Made by a program: the position numbers and the translations under genes
Assembly (NCBI GenBank): GCA_020891255.1
Contig: BQFW01000003.1
Span: forward strand, 558,001-622,000
DNA: 64,000 nt
DNA from: Entomortierella parvispora E1425
Taxonomy: Eukaryota; Fungi; Mortierellomycota
Reading direction: 5' to 3'
The notes under the pieces: model-generated
What the model was told of the DNA's origin: nothing
What the model saw: only the letters and a program-made list of their open reading frames with translations
Database searches by the model: none
Shown here: piece after piece, positions 1 through 12,000 of the stretch
Numbering within the stretch: position 1 is the stretch's first letter
How the letters are laid out: the number at the start of each line of letters is the position of its first letter

Positions 1-2411
1 GTCGTCCACCAATTGTCTGAACGGACGTGATCAAATCTGGGTACTCGTCCCGATCCAAGTACTTGTACACAAACTCCAAGGCTGATTCCAGGGTGGCGTC
101 CGCCAAAACAATCGTCTCAAATGTCATGTTTGGCAGGGCCTTTGACAATGGCTTAGAGGCCGAGACATTGTTGCTGAGGAACACCACATGGGCAATGTGG
201 TTCTCCACCAACACTGCAGCCCAATCGGCCAAGTACGTCCACAGTTCCTTGGCATGGGGTCCTTTCTCTCTTGACATGTATCCATCAATGATGATGACTG
301 GAATCTCATCGGGATCCACCCATTGTCTTTCCTCAGCCTCTCGTCTCTTCTTGGCTTCCGTGGCACCCTTGCGACTGAGATCCAAGCTCTGAGTTGATGA
401 CGAAGCAAAAGAAGCATCTGTAGGGCAATTGGACAAACCGAGTCCAGATTTGGCGAGAGTGGCACGGCGAGCCTTTTCCTCCACTGTCGCCTCAATCTTT
501 TTCATGATAGCCTCGGGCGAAAATGTAGACATGTCCTTTGTAGGTGAGGTCTGTTGAATAGCGATAGTCAAGGTGTCCAGAATCTTCTTCAGTTGTCCTT
601 CGAATGTTGCAGAAAGACCTATTGGCCGTATGCACGGAAAATTGAGATAGAAAATGTCAGATGCCTCTGTCAAAAAGTCATACCTTACATGACCCTTTAC
701 ATTTGAATACAATGCCACTTACCGGCCTTTTGTCCAGTGGTAGCGGTGATAGCCACATCCATCATGTTGTTGATCGTTGACATGAACTGGAACAAGGGAA
801 TATATCCAACTTGCTTGGCCAGGTTTGTCAACAGTTCGCTTTCACTCCTGGCATTGGCCAACTCCTCGCAACGGATGACGACCTTGTGCTTCTTCTCCTT
901 GATCACAAACTCAACCATCTCTGTCTTTCCTGCACCACGGGGTCCGTGGACAATCGCAAAGGACTCTGGTGGAACATTCAGCCAGTTACGAAGCTTCTCC
1001 TCATCATGCTCACGCTCACGCCATCCGTTCACTTGAAGGGGATCCTGCGATCGGGTCAAGCGCCCGACTGTTTCCTTTCGCAGCCACCTCAAAACTGCGT
1101 ATTCGTCCAGGTTGAACAGCTGTGTGATCTTGGCGTGCATGCTGAAAACGCGCATGGGATCAAAAACCATGAAGGAGACTCCGGCAAGGGCCATACCGCC
1201 AAGGGGAACACTGATCCTGGGGTGGTTCGTCAACCAAGACCAAATGGCGTTGCCCTGAAGGGTCCTCTCATATGTCACGTTCAAGCGCACGCCGTTGATC
1301 TCTGCTCCATGAAGACAACTCTTGGCACTTGTGGCAGCTCTCATGAACGAGTACTGAACAATCGCCTGCTTCGGCATGTCCTTGACAATAGGCAGGGGCG
1401 TGATATCCATGATCTTTCCATACTTGCGGAACATGGTGTAGAGTCCTTCGACATTCAGATCTCCAGTGTATTCGATCCTGATACGATTGTTGGGGTATCG
1501 ACTGGCCATATCCTCCAAGAAGGGGGCTCCCTTGACAAGGAAAGCCCGCACTTTTTGAAAGTTGAACCACATGTAATGTCCATGACTGATCAAGTGTTGT
1601 TCGCATCGACTCTCAATCTCCTTCAAGGCTTCCCGAGTTGTGTACGAACTTGGGTGGACATATGAAAAGTGAACAAACATGCCACCATCTTTCAATCTAT
1701 GAGACATTTAAACCGCGGTCAAATTTTGTCAGTGCGCTGTTGTCCAGTCAGGTCTAGACTCTCCTTGCTCCGACATAGTTCCAGAGCAGTAAGGTAACGG
1801 CGCACAAGAGGCGAGTCCTGCCTTGTTCCCCCTCTCACCTTGGTTCAATGCCTCCAATCTTGAAGTGAAAAGGCATGGCGTTCTCTGGAGGCACGAGCTC
1901 CTCCTTGGCTTTGCGTTCCAGTTGTTTCCAGCCTGGCTTGAGCAGTGAGTAGCGGATATCCCACCAGCCCATCTTGAGCGGGTACGCGTTGTCAAAGTAC
2001 AACATTCCGTATTGCAGCGGCATCTAAACAAACAAGTTTGTACAATCGCGAAAAGTAAGAAAAAAAAAATCCAACGGTCGGGCAAAGCGGAAGAACGAAA
2101 AAAAGATTTCCCTGTGTGCTTGTCCCAAAAAAGAAATAAAGGCGGGGTGCCTGAAAAGATGTAAAGTACATTACCTCTTCCTCCATCGCAATGGGCGTCT
2201 CGGTCGTGTAACGACGACGAGAGAAGGTCTGGCTATTGCTGGGGACCTTCTTTGTGGGGAGCATGGGCACTGGCTTTGCCGAGACGGTCGAGAGGGAGAC
2301 CCGTGGAGTGGTCTGAGGCAGGCGAGCGAGGCGCGCGGCGGAGACACGAGCTAGTGCACCGTGTCCGCAAAGAGCGGGACTAGCCCTGGACAAGGCTGCA
2401 ACGCGGTACAT
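1..2411 (-). CDS. YME2: Mitochondrial escape protein 2 (RRM + RNA12/P-loop domain), multi-exon, 3' end beyond window
   Basis: ATG at 2411 starts an R/S/A-rich targeting peptide (MYRVAALSRAS...). Phase-consistent GT-AG introns lie at about 2174-2024, 1838-1697 and 724-620. Motifs: LYFDNAYPLK, IEPR|LKDGGMFVHF, RRM (LYTMFRKYGKI...AKSCLHG), TM (PRISVPLGG), Walker A HGPRGAGKT. The last exon is open to the window edge. Confidence 0.85.
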
Positions 2412-2562
2412 CCTCGGAGAAAGAAGAAGAAAGGGTGCGGTTGCACGGACTGACTCAAAGGGGATGGTGAGAATGAAAGGGGATGTGAAGAGGAGATCGA
2501 ATGGAGAAGCAGGAATCAGGGCAGCAGGGATCAGCTCAAACCATGGCCCGCTTTTTTTTGAA

Positions 2563-2970
2563 GTCACGTGCAATATCGCAATATCGATTCTCATTCCTCT
2601 TTTCGCTAGCCCATGGACTTCCTGCAAGACTTCTTTGTTGTAGGACGTCAAAAGTGTATCCACTACAAGGCATAGTCCTATAGTCTGCATGCGGGTATCC
2701 AAGTAGACGATTGTTGTGCTATCGCAATACTCGTCTTGCGAACATCCTCCCCGAGATCTAGAGAGGCTAGAGTCAGATGCCTCTCTATCCGTGTAAGACA
2801 ATCCTCTGTTTCAGCAACAGTGCCAATCCTCTCGTCGGCAAAAGGGATCACTCATAAACCGTTTATGGAAAAAACCTGGCCAAACTTACGACGATCGTAC
2901 AGCTACAGCAGTGCCATCGTAGACGCAGCTCTGGCGACGAGCCTGAAAAATGTGGCGTCAGGTCACGTGC
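2563..2970. promoter_or_regulatory. Bidirectional promoter between YME2 and NDUFS4 with two GTCACGTGC E-box motifs
   Basis: Divergent ATGs at 2411 (-) and 3062 (+). Identical GTCACGTGC at 2563-2571 and 2962-2970. Confidence 0.45.
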
Positions 2971-3061
2971 TTCGGCATTTCCGAGACAAAGACAGGAACA
3001 TGAATGGATCTGGATCTCTTTTCATCTGTCCATCTTCACCTCCATCACGCACACATCAACA

Positions 3062-4135
3062 ATGTCCGCCTCCATGTTTGTCAAGCGGGCCATGAGAGTT
3101 CCCCTCATGGCTCCCATTCGCCCCACCGCCTCTGCCGCTCCCTTCATCAGATACCAGCAATACTCTTCCACCACTTCCGTGACAGAGACCAAGGACCAAT
3201 TCCCCCTCCAGGCCGAGATCATCAGCGGAGCTCCTGGTGAGTGGGATTAATCTGGACAGGCACCCGATCCATCTCATTGGAATGAACCGAGGAACTCAAT
3301 CCCTCGGAATTCTGCATGAGGAAAACCGTTGTCCCGTTATGGAATTCCCGAATCAGGACAGCATGGAAAAAACGCGACATGGAATGTACGGGCAGAAACG
3401 GAGATGAGGAGAATAGCCGCGATAAAGAAGACTACAGGAAGACCATCACCGGCATCCTCTGATAACTCGATGCATTTCTTCATGGGGAGCCTCTCAGAAG
3501 CAGGAAAGGAAACATGCTTCAAAAGGATGAGCTTGTATCTCTGACACCTCGGTCCCTTTTTTTTTCCCCCTTTTTACCACCCATTTACAGAGGAGATCCG
3601 TATGCACCCTTGCCGCATCTACCAGCAGGCCAAGGCTGCCACCCAGTCCGGAATTCTTAACACTGGAGTCTGGAGACTGGACTTTGATACCGATATCAAC
3701 GCTGGACGTTTCGAGAACGAGTTGATCGGATGGGCTTCCAGGTAATTTTTGATAACATGGAGGCCTTCGAACGCTTGCATCCGGTTCCGGGAGCAAGGAC
3801 AACTGGACAATGGAACATCCCTCACTCATCCTACATCATTATTTTGTTTAATTCTAGTGCCGATTACATGCAGGCTTTGGCCATGAAGTTCACCTCCAAG
3901 GAGGACGCCATCGCTTTCGCTGACAAGCAGGGTAAGAGTTGAATCATTTTGAAAAAAGAACGAGGGTATACTATTCAAATTGCCCAAAACCGACTGTTCA
4001 CACCTTTAACTCATTGTTTTTATAGGCTGGGAGTTCACCATCCAGGAGCCCAACCAAAAGATCATCAAGAAGAAGGTCTACGCTGACAACTTCAAGTACT
4101 CACCAAAGAAGCTTCGTTTCGTCAAGACCAAGTAA
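3062..4135 (+). CDS. NDUFS4: NADH:ubiquinone oxidoreductase Fe-S protein 4 (complex I accessory subunit), 4 exons
   Basis: Mitochondrial presequence, then spliced ...AEIISGAP|EEIRMHPCRIYQQAKAATQSG...WRLDFD...ENELIGWAS|SADYMQALAMKFTSKEDAIAFADKQG|WEFTIQEPNQKIIKKKVYADNFKYSPKKLRFVKTK*. This is the classic ETC_C1_NDUFA4/NDUFS4 pattern. Confidence 0.93.
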
Positions 4136-4410
4136 AAAAAGAAATCAACCCTCTCCCACCCGAACGACGGCTTACGAACAGCACCGTAGAAGAAGAGTTG
4201 CAGGAATTTTAGACCCAATTTGCTGCCAACATCAGATAATAAACTCAACACTCCACTCATTGGACGCTTTTAGGATACCAGGATGTTATACTTGCGGCGG
4301 CAGTTTGACATCCTACAGATATTGTCATGGATCGTTGAAAAGAAAGTGTACACCACTTTTCCTTTTATTTCGTTTACGATATATTATACAGGTTTACATT
4401 AAAACAGGCT

Positions 4411-7400
4411 TTAACAGAGTCTGCAGCATTGACTGACGGCGTCCCAAAGACCGCTGCCAGAGCCAGGAGAATGGACCAGCGAGTTGCCAGCCCACTTCTT
4501 GCCCACGACAGTAATCTCAAAGACATCGTCCTCCAATGGTTTTTGTTTCTTGGACCCTTCGGACAAAATTGGGCTTCTCTTGTCATTCTCGTCATCATTG
4601 TCGGTCCACCAGTACAAAATCTGTTCACCTTCCTTCCACTTCCAATGACCACCAGAGACCGTGACGGAGCAGATGGGGTCCTTGTCTTTGGAAGATGTGG
4701 TGGAAGAACCCCCGAGGGAGCTCAAGTATTCTTCAGCACAGGGGAAATGAATCCGGGGGAGATAAATCTCGTTGGGTTCATTGATCATGCCAGGTCGTGG
4801 CGAGTTCAAGGGGTTGGAACCTCCATCTTCTGTAGAACGCGTGCGCTTGAACGAAAACTTGAACGTCACCGTGTTCAAAGAGAAGGAGAGCTCCAAGGGA
4901 ATACCGGCGACCTTTTGGGCAAAGGGACGGCAAAAAGCAACCAAGGCCCTGCCTCCGAGATCAGGATGGTGCTTCTGACGATGATCATCATCTGTGTTAT
5001 TTCGATCCCCAAGCAAGGGGCGATCGGACGATGCAGAGGAAGAGGACGACTTTGAAGATGTAGAGGAGGAGGACAAGGTAGTGACGCGGGTATGGGCCGC
5101 AGGCGGCGAATTGTTGGATGTGGAGGAGGACACCCGTCTCATCAAAGGAGGAGAGTCCCGAATCGAGATGGAGACATCTTGTGGGGACTCGACCTTGTGA
5201 AGGCTATAAGCATCGGTTGTCAAACTGGCCTGACTTGATTTCTTTGTGAGCTTGCGAGGATCGCGATTGAGATCATCTTTGCTCCAAAGCGACAAATCTT
5301 CGCCGTTCCATTGATCTCCCCACTTGTGAGAGTTGTCGGGGCAGTAATTCCAAAGGGTGAAATTGAGGTGGTTGCTCTCCAACGCATAGAGGTTGGCGTC
5401 CATGGCCTTGATCTGGTCCTTGTAATTACCGTTGGGTTTGTAAGCCTTACGGTCGTTCATATCGAAAGGGATTCCAATCTCACCAATCAAGGTGGGGTGC
5501 TGACCGATCGCCTGTTGGCCTTCCTCCTTGATACGGGCAAGCTGACCACGGAAGCATTCTTTGATGGCCTTTTCACCAATCTTGACGGCCGCGGCATAGT
5601 TGGGGTATCGGCCACGTTTCACACCCAGATAGTCAATGTTGAAGAAGTTCCATCGCTTGTTGAGCAGGGTAAGTCCATCGTACCAATGGGGTGCGTAGAC
5701 CACACGGGAGGTGATATCGAACTGGGCGACATCGTCATCATCATGGGGTGGTGGCAACGAAGGTGGGATCTCGTTCACTGGAGGTTCCAAAAAGATGATG
5801 GCGGCTTTGTGGATGGTGCGGATCGCCTGGGCAAATCGTCGACAGAAAGGCAAGAACGACCTTGTATCAAATTCGTACTTTTCGTCCGTCTCGGGGTCCT
5901 TGTGGAAGTAATCAGGAATGAGCACCTGTTGCGTTGAAGGGTCCCAGACTCCGTGAGAAGCCCAGATGCACTCTCCAGCCTTTGGGAATTCGGGTGCACG
6001 CTTCCATCCAAATCGCTTGTCTTTTTCATCGCGCCTCTCCTTGGTAAGCCATGCTGTCGTGCCTTCGGGATTAATCGTCTTGGATCCCTTTCTCTTGGGT
6101 CCAAAAAAGGTCGAGACCCAAAATTCAACCGTTTGCTGATGACCCTGACCGAGGATCATAGCTTGCAATGGCGTGGGTGTAGAATCCTTCTTCAGCTCTT
6201 GATGCTCTGGAATCTTTGTTAGGTCCTCAACACCAATCCATCCAGCGGAGGGTTCGTTCAGGGTATCGTATCCGATCACGACATCGTCCTCGATTCCATG
6301 TTGAGCCGTGATATATTCTGCAAGGGCCATGTAACTTTTGATGTAGTGTGTTTGCAAGTAGTCCTGAATATTCATCTGATCGACGACACAGTCTGATGCA
6401 AAGGTCGATCCCGCAAAGAAGAGCGTAAACATGGTGGCGGCCGCGAGTTTGTTGTAATTGGTGGCCCAGACCATCTTGGGGAAGCTCTCGGGGTCTTCAT
6501 AGAGGTTGTGAACGATAGCCGCGTCGGTCTTTGGGAAGGCACTGGGATCCAGACCCGCCAGGTGCAATGTCCAGAGGGGGGCGCCAGAACCTCCAGAGAA
6601 TCTTGACCACTAAAAGGCCGAATGAAAGATACATAAAATATCAGTACATATTTGGATGAGTTTGACGGCAGAAAGAGAGAGAGAGAGAGAGAGTCCAGGG
6701 ACGAAGGAGGGGGTGGCGGTGAGGCATCCACACAACTTACCACATCCTGATGAGGGTCAATGAAGCACTTGAAGCCATACTGCTTGCACTTGTGGAAGAC
6801 CTTGATCAGGTACTCAAAGAACTCGTAGTCGTATTTGCCACTAAGCCAGGGAAAATAAAAATGTGGGGTGATGTGGTCAGGTGCGGATAGGAGAAGTAAG
6901 GTTTGGAGTTCAGTTCATTCATTCACTCTGGCCAACAAAATAGGCTCAAAAGGATATTCAAAGGCAGGCATGCATTCAAAGGCAGACATGCAGACAGGGA
7001 CAACCCTCCCAGGGACAATAGGAGATCAAAAGGGGTGGAGCAAGGCGTCAAAAGACGACCAAGATGATGATGGCGATGATGATGGCGAGGGTGGTGGTGT
7101 TGTCAGGTCAACAAAGGGAAAAGAGAAAACAAAAAAAAAAAGTGGCCTGATTTCTTGTCCACAGCAAAAAGGGCACACGTCCAAAGGAGTGGAGCGTGCA
7201 GTGCGTCAGTTTGGAGGGTCACTGGACAGAGACAATGGGCAACGGCAGGCACTCACTCCCCTCGTTGCTGTCATTGCTCCTTTTCCTTGGTGCTGTGGTT
7301 ATTTGTGAGGGACTGAAGTGGGGTGTGCGCTTGGGAAAACAATCCGGTTGTACAGGGATTGATGATGACAAACAGGACACAAGCAAGGGCCAAAGCGGCG

Positions 7401-8325
7401 GAAGAAAAAGAGCGCGCTCGGATCGCACGTAGAAAGAGCTATCGAAGCTCCAAGGAAACCTTCCTTCACATCGATGTCATTCCAGTTGTTGCCATGATTG
7501 ACAAAGACACAAGTGACCTATCCGGTTCGTCCGCCTTCCGGTCCGGTGTTGGAAAAAAGTGTGTGCGTGTGCAAAGATGTTGTGCTGCATCTCCAAAGAA
7601 AATTAATTACATTTGCGCCAACCTCACTCTCCCCTCGCTCGCTCGCTCTCTCTTTGTAATGCCCCCTTTGACTCATTTGGTAATTCTGAGGGCAAGGATC
7701 GTGGTTGTGATTCCGACCAAGAGATAAAGATAAAACAAAGTGGCCCATGTTTCGAAAGGCTGGCGACGCTGGGTCAACTAGAAACAAAAAGGAACAAGAG
7801 AAATACTTACGGTCCGGCATGTTCGATCGATTCCCAAGTAACAACGAATCGTAACATGTTGAAGCCCCAGTGCTTGAGTCGGGAAAGGTGCTCGTCTGCA
7901 TCCTCCAGAGGAAAGGGTCTGCCCACAAACGAGACCTCAGTCCCGTCTGCATCGAGAAAGCCCTCGGCTTGGTGGGAGGGGCAGCCAATAGGTGTTTTTG
8001 AGGCGCCAGAGAGGTTAACACCACGCAGTGTCACTGTTCTGCCGGTGTGGTCTTTGAACCAAGGTCCACGCAGATATAGTGGCTGTGTGGAAGTGGGGTG
8101 ATGTCCTTCAGACCCAAAGAGGCTGGTTTGTGAATCATTCTCAGTCTGCTTGAAGTTTGCGTTGACAAAGGGCCGGCGAGTAGGGGTGGGTGTGGCGGTG
8201 GCAGAAGTATTGAAGGAGGCGTTAGAGCTCGAGTTAGCGAGGTTGTGACGAGACTGTTGTTGTGGGGTCTGAATGTCCTCAGTGAGGGTGGCCGAGGACT
8301 GTGAAGGATGCAGGTTGTTTTTCAT
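4411..8325 (-). CDS. Glycoside hydrolase family 5, endoglycoceramidase-related protein (EGCrP/ergosteryl-beta-glucosidase EGH1-like), 3 exons
   Basis: GRTVTLRGVNLSGASKTP, RFVVTWESIEHAGP|GKYDYEFF, FIDPHQDV|WSRFSGGSGAP, catalytic TLNEP and IGEIGIP, YAPHWYDG, TLWNY, DQWNGEDLS. Introns at about 7809-6843 and 6737-6610 are phase-consistent. Confidence 0.9.
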
Positions 8326-8344
8326 TGCCGTTCACCAGAAAGAG

Positions 8345-8600
8345 GGGAAAGGGGAAGGAGAAGAAGTGACAGAAGGAAACAAGGAATGAGAGTGGAGGAA
8401 GTGTGTAGGAATGAGAGTCGAGGGGAGAAGGGAGGGAGAGAAAGGGAAGGAGAATAGCGAGGAAGGAGTGGAGGAAAGGGAGAGGGTCAAGAGAGAGAGA
8501 GAAAGAAAGAAAGAGAGAAAGGACAAAAGAGAGAGACAGAGAGAGAGAGAGAAAGAGAGAAGCACGAATGCATGCATGCAACCAAAAAAGAATGAATGAA
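8345..8600. repeat. GA-rich low-complexity tract with (GA)n/(GAAA)n/(GAAT)n microsatellites upstream of the GH5 gene
   Basis: Almost purely purine on +, so pyrimidine-rich on the sense strand of the GH5 gene. Confidence 0.7.
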
Positions 8601-9024
8601 TGACCGACACATCCCGTCAAACGGTCGTCGGGTCTGCTCAGCTCAGCTCAGGGCTTTTTCTGCACTGCTTGGGCGAGAGGGCGAAGAATGAGGGCTGTGT
8701 AGTGTGTGGTGTTGCAGGTGTTGCGGCGATCGGTCAATTAGCGGTCATGTGCTATTTATACTCCGTGTAATTGCACACGCCGCACGATTACCCTAAAAAG
8801 GGTTTGGAACACCACCGTTTTGCTTTTGCATTGAATGCAATGCATGGTCGCTGAACCTCTCCCTCTCTCCTTCATTTCCTCTGCATCCTCTTCTGCTTAT
8901 CCTTCTTTCCTCCCAGTCCTGCATCGCACTGCATTCCCCTCTCATCCTGCTGGACTTCCTTCGCCTCTGATTCCAGCGTCATCTTTGGCATTTCGCTTAC
9001 TTTCAAAAGGTGCATGTCCATCTA

Positions 9025-12000
9025 ATGGACCACAGCAACGACAACAGCAGGAACTACACAATCGAAAACGACGACGCCAGGTCAAATACCAATTCAGAGC
9101 CAGACCTGCAACGCGCTCGCGCCTCGCGGCTTGGTATCCGGCATGGCCGGACACATAGCGTCGTCCACTCTTCGTCCCTGTCCATTCCAAACCAAACTGT
9201 AGCCTTGGAACAAGGGGACCAGCACCGTCTTATGCCATCCTCTGCCTCCATAGCCTCTTCCATTTCACGGTACTCCTCCCCAGGACCCCTTCATACAGAT
9301 GGAATCACCTTTTCCCCGACAAGCCATTTCTCAACTCGCGACCTAGACGCGGATAGTCATTCAGAATTTCACGTCCTCGATAACATTGACGAACAATCGA
9401 CCCTCCGCCGGCGGAGAGTCCCTTCATTTAATATCAACAGCACCGATGATCATGTATCTAATCTCATCCCCAAAAGCGTGTCCGTCGGATCACGAAGCTC
9501 TACCTCATCAACACACGAACAAAATGCTCCTGCCCAGGCGCCAGGATCTCCATCCATGTCATCTATGGGATCAAAAAGGTCGTCCATGGTGCCAAATCGG
9601 TCATCAGTACTTGGGGCTCCACTGGAACACTCTGGAGGGTGGTTGAGTGGACTGACAGAAGCAATGGCAAATGTTTCTTCTAGAGTTGTTAATACGAGAG
9701 CTCAGGAGCAAATACCCAATAGGATGTCAGTACAGTCGCAGCCGGACCTCTCAGATGCCGAACACTCAGATCACTCTCGATCTGCAGATAACCACAGCAC
9801 TTCTGGACTGGAGAATGGAGCAGACCCACTGCCCTGGGTATCACCCTCTGGTCGCGGAACAGTATCAGATTATGAGTCGCAAATACCCAGACGCTCCATT
9901 TCCAAACAGAGCTCCGGCGGCGGATCGAATTATGGAGCACGACACTCACAGCAAGGCCAGAGAGGTCTATTACATAGCGCCACCAACCAATCTCGCTCTG
10001 GAGGCGGATCAAATTTGGGGAAATCAGCCTCTGGAATACAGGACGTCCCTCAGGGAGACGAGGAGTCTGTCTTTGTTCCAGGCGGCTTTGTTCACCGAGG
10101 CGCCGAGAAGATGCGACTGGAAGGACGGTCTTTAAAGATCTTTTCGTCTCAGAACCCGCTTCGGCTATGGCTGGCGTCAATTTTAAAGTCAAAGTACCGT
10201 CAAAAGCAAGAGATATCTCTTGGAAGAATCATTACAGACAGCTGACATCTTCTCTTGGCAATTTTGCAGGTATACGGATCCCATCATTCTAGTCATCATT
10301 CTCACGGAGTGGGTCTTTTTTGTCATTACTCCGACCACTACGGAAGCCAAGAATATCTTTGGATCGTACTGGACCCATTACGGTCTCCTGGCTGTGAACA
10401 TCCTATATACGTAAGTCATATTGCGAATATTTCGGAAGTTGTATCATGAGCAGTTGCTAATGCCACCCTCTTCAACATCTTGCTTAGTTTGGAAATCATC
10501 GCAAAGGTCATCGTCTACGGTCTCTTTTTTGATCGAAATGGATTTCAGTGGAGAAAGTGGACCCCCAAAGCTTGTCAAAGATTTATTGATTCGTTCTCTT
10601 CAAAAAAACCTACCGACAGTTTACGAAAGACGCACTCTCTTTCACACGTCAACAGCGTCCACTCGCGCACCTCAATATCTGAAAAACAACTCGCACCAAC
10701 CAATACCCCAGCACCTGTCACAGATGATACCCATGCGTCCGTAGCGGGAACAGAAGGTTCGCCAGCGCACGCACCTTTTTTCGCCTCTTATTATAATCGA
10801 CTGGACGGCATTGTTGTTTTCAGCTACTGGGTGGATTTTGCATTCATGATCACTGGTATCCAGGGAGTTTATATCTTCAAAGCCATCAGCGCCCTCCGGC
10901 CGCTCCGTCTGCTCTCGTTGACCGAGGGTACCTCAGTGAGTGTCTCCAAAAGAATTCGCCTGGGCTACTTGGGTTTACCTTGGAGGCTAACACAACAATG
11001 CTCCTTCTAGACCATTATCGATTCTCTCTCCATCTCTGCACCTCTGCTTCTGACGATTCTGGGATTTATTTTCTTCTTTTTCCTCATTCTCAGTCTGATC
11101 GGGCTTCTTGTCTTTCAAGGCGCTTTGTCCCGCCGTTGTGCATTGCCGGCACCCGACGACCCCCAAAATTGTATGTCCACTTTTGGCTTTGTGAAACGTT
11201 GAGTAATTGGGCGAAGCACAACAGCCTGAGCTAACCTTTAATAATTTCGGGCTATAGGGATTCCTGTTTCTCCAGAGGTTGTCTGTGGTGGATACTACAG
11301 CAACGGCACGATTTTGGGCATCATCAACTATGTGGGACAAGGCGATGGAGATGATTCTTCGCCAAGATCCTCTGGAATGATCTGTCCAGAGCCGCAGGTC
11401 TGCATGCAGTTCCCAGACTATAATCCAGAACGAGATCTCATCTCATTCGACAACATTTTCTTCTCATTACTGACGGTCTTCACCGTCAGTTCAATGGAAG
11501 GTTGGACAGATGTGGAGTACTGGGTCATGGATGGCGACTCTCGATGGGCAGCCATCTTCTTCTGCATTGCCATTTTCCTCATGAGTTTCTTGATGATTCC
11601 TCTATTTATCGGTAAACATGATGAACTTCTAAACACAGGATCGGTTGCAATTCTTATACAGAGAGCTAATATATCCCCGGATTTTCTTTCTTTACAGCTG
11701 GTATCACCTATTCTTTTGGAGCTGTCAGAGCTGAAAAGCGACATTCCGCCTTCTCAAACAAACCTCGTAATAAGCGAATCTTGCTTGAAACAGAGGAGGG
11801 CTGGCAATTTCAGGACCAAGTGCTCCAAGTTCGCTCACCGGCACGGCAGTGGCTCATTCGCTTCGTAAATGATCCCTGGTTTGCGACTTTTGGAGCGTTC
11901 ATGGTCTTTCTCAACTTGATTGCCATGTGCTTTAGACGATATGACAGCACGCCAGCAGAGCTAACAAGGATCGAGTATACAGAGGTGGCCTTTACGCTGT

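Noticed and set aside
2142-2160. GGGGTGCCTGA resembling the start of a TPP riboswitch in a YME2 intron
   Set aside because: It is antisense to the gene, lacks the downstream conserved elements, and the gene is unrelated to thiamine.
4429-5937. Antisense 208-aa ORFs over the GH5 gene, and similar ones over YME2, the monooxygenase and OSCA
   Set aside because: They are codon-bias shadows of well-supported genes with no motifs of their own.
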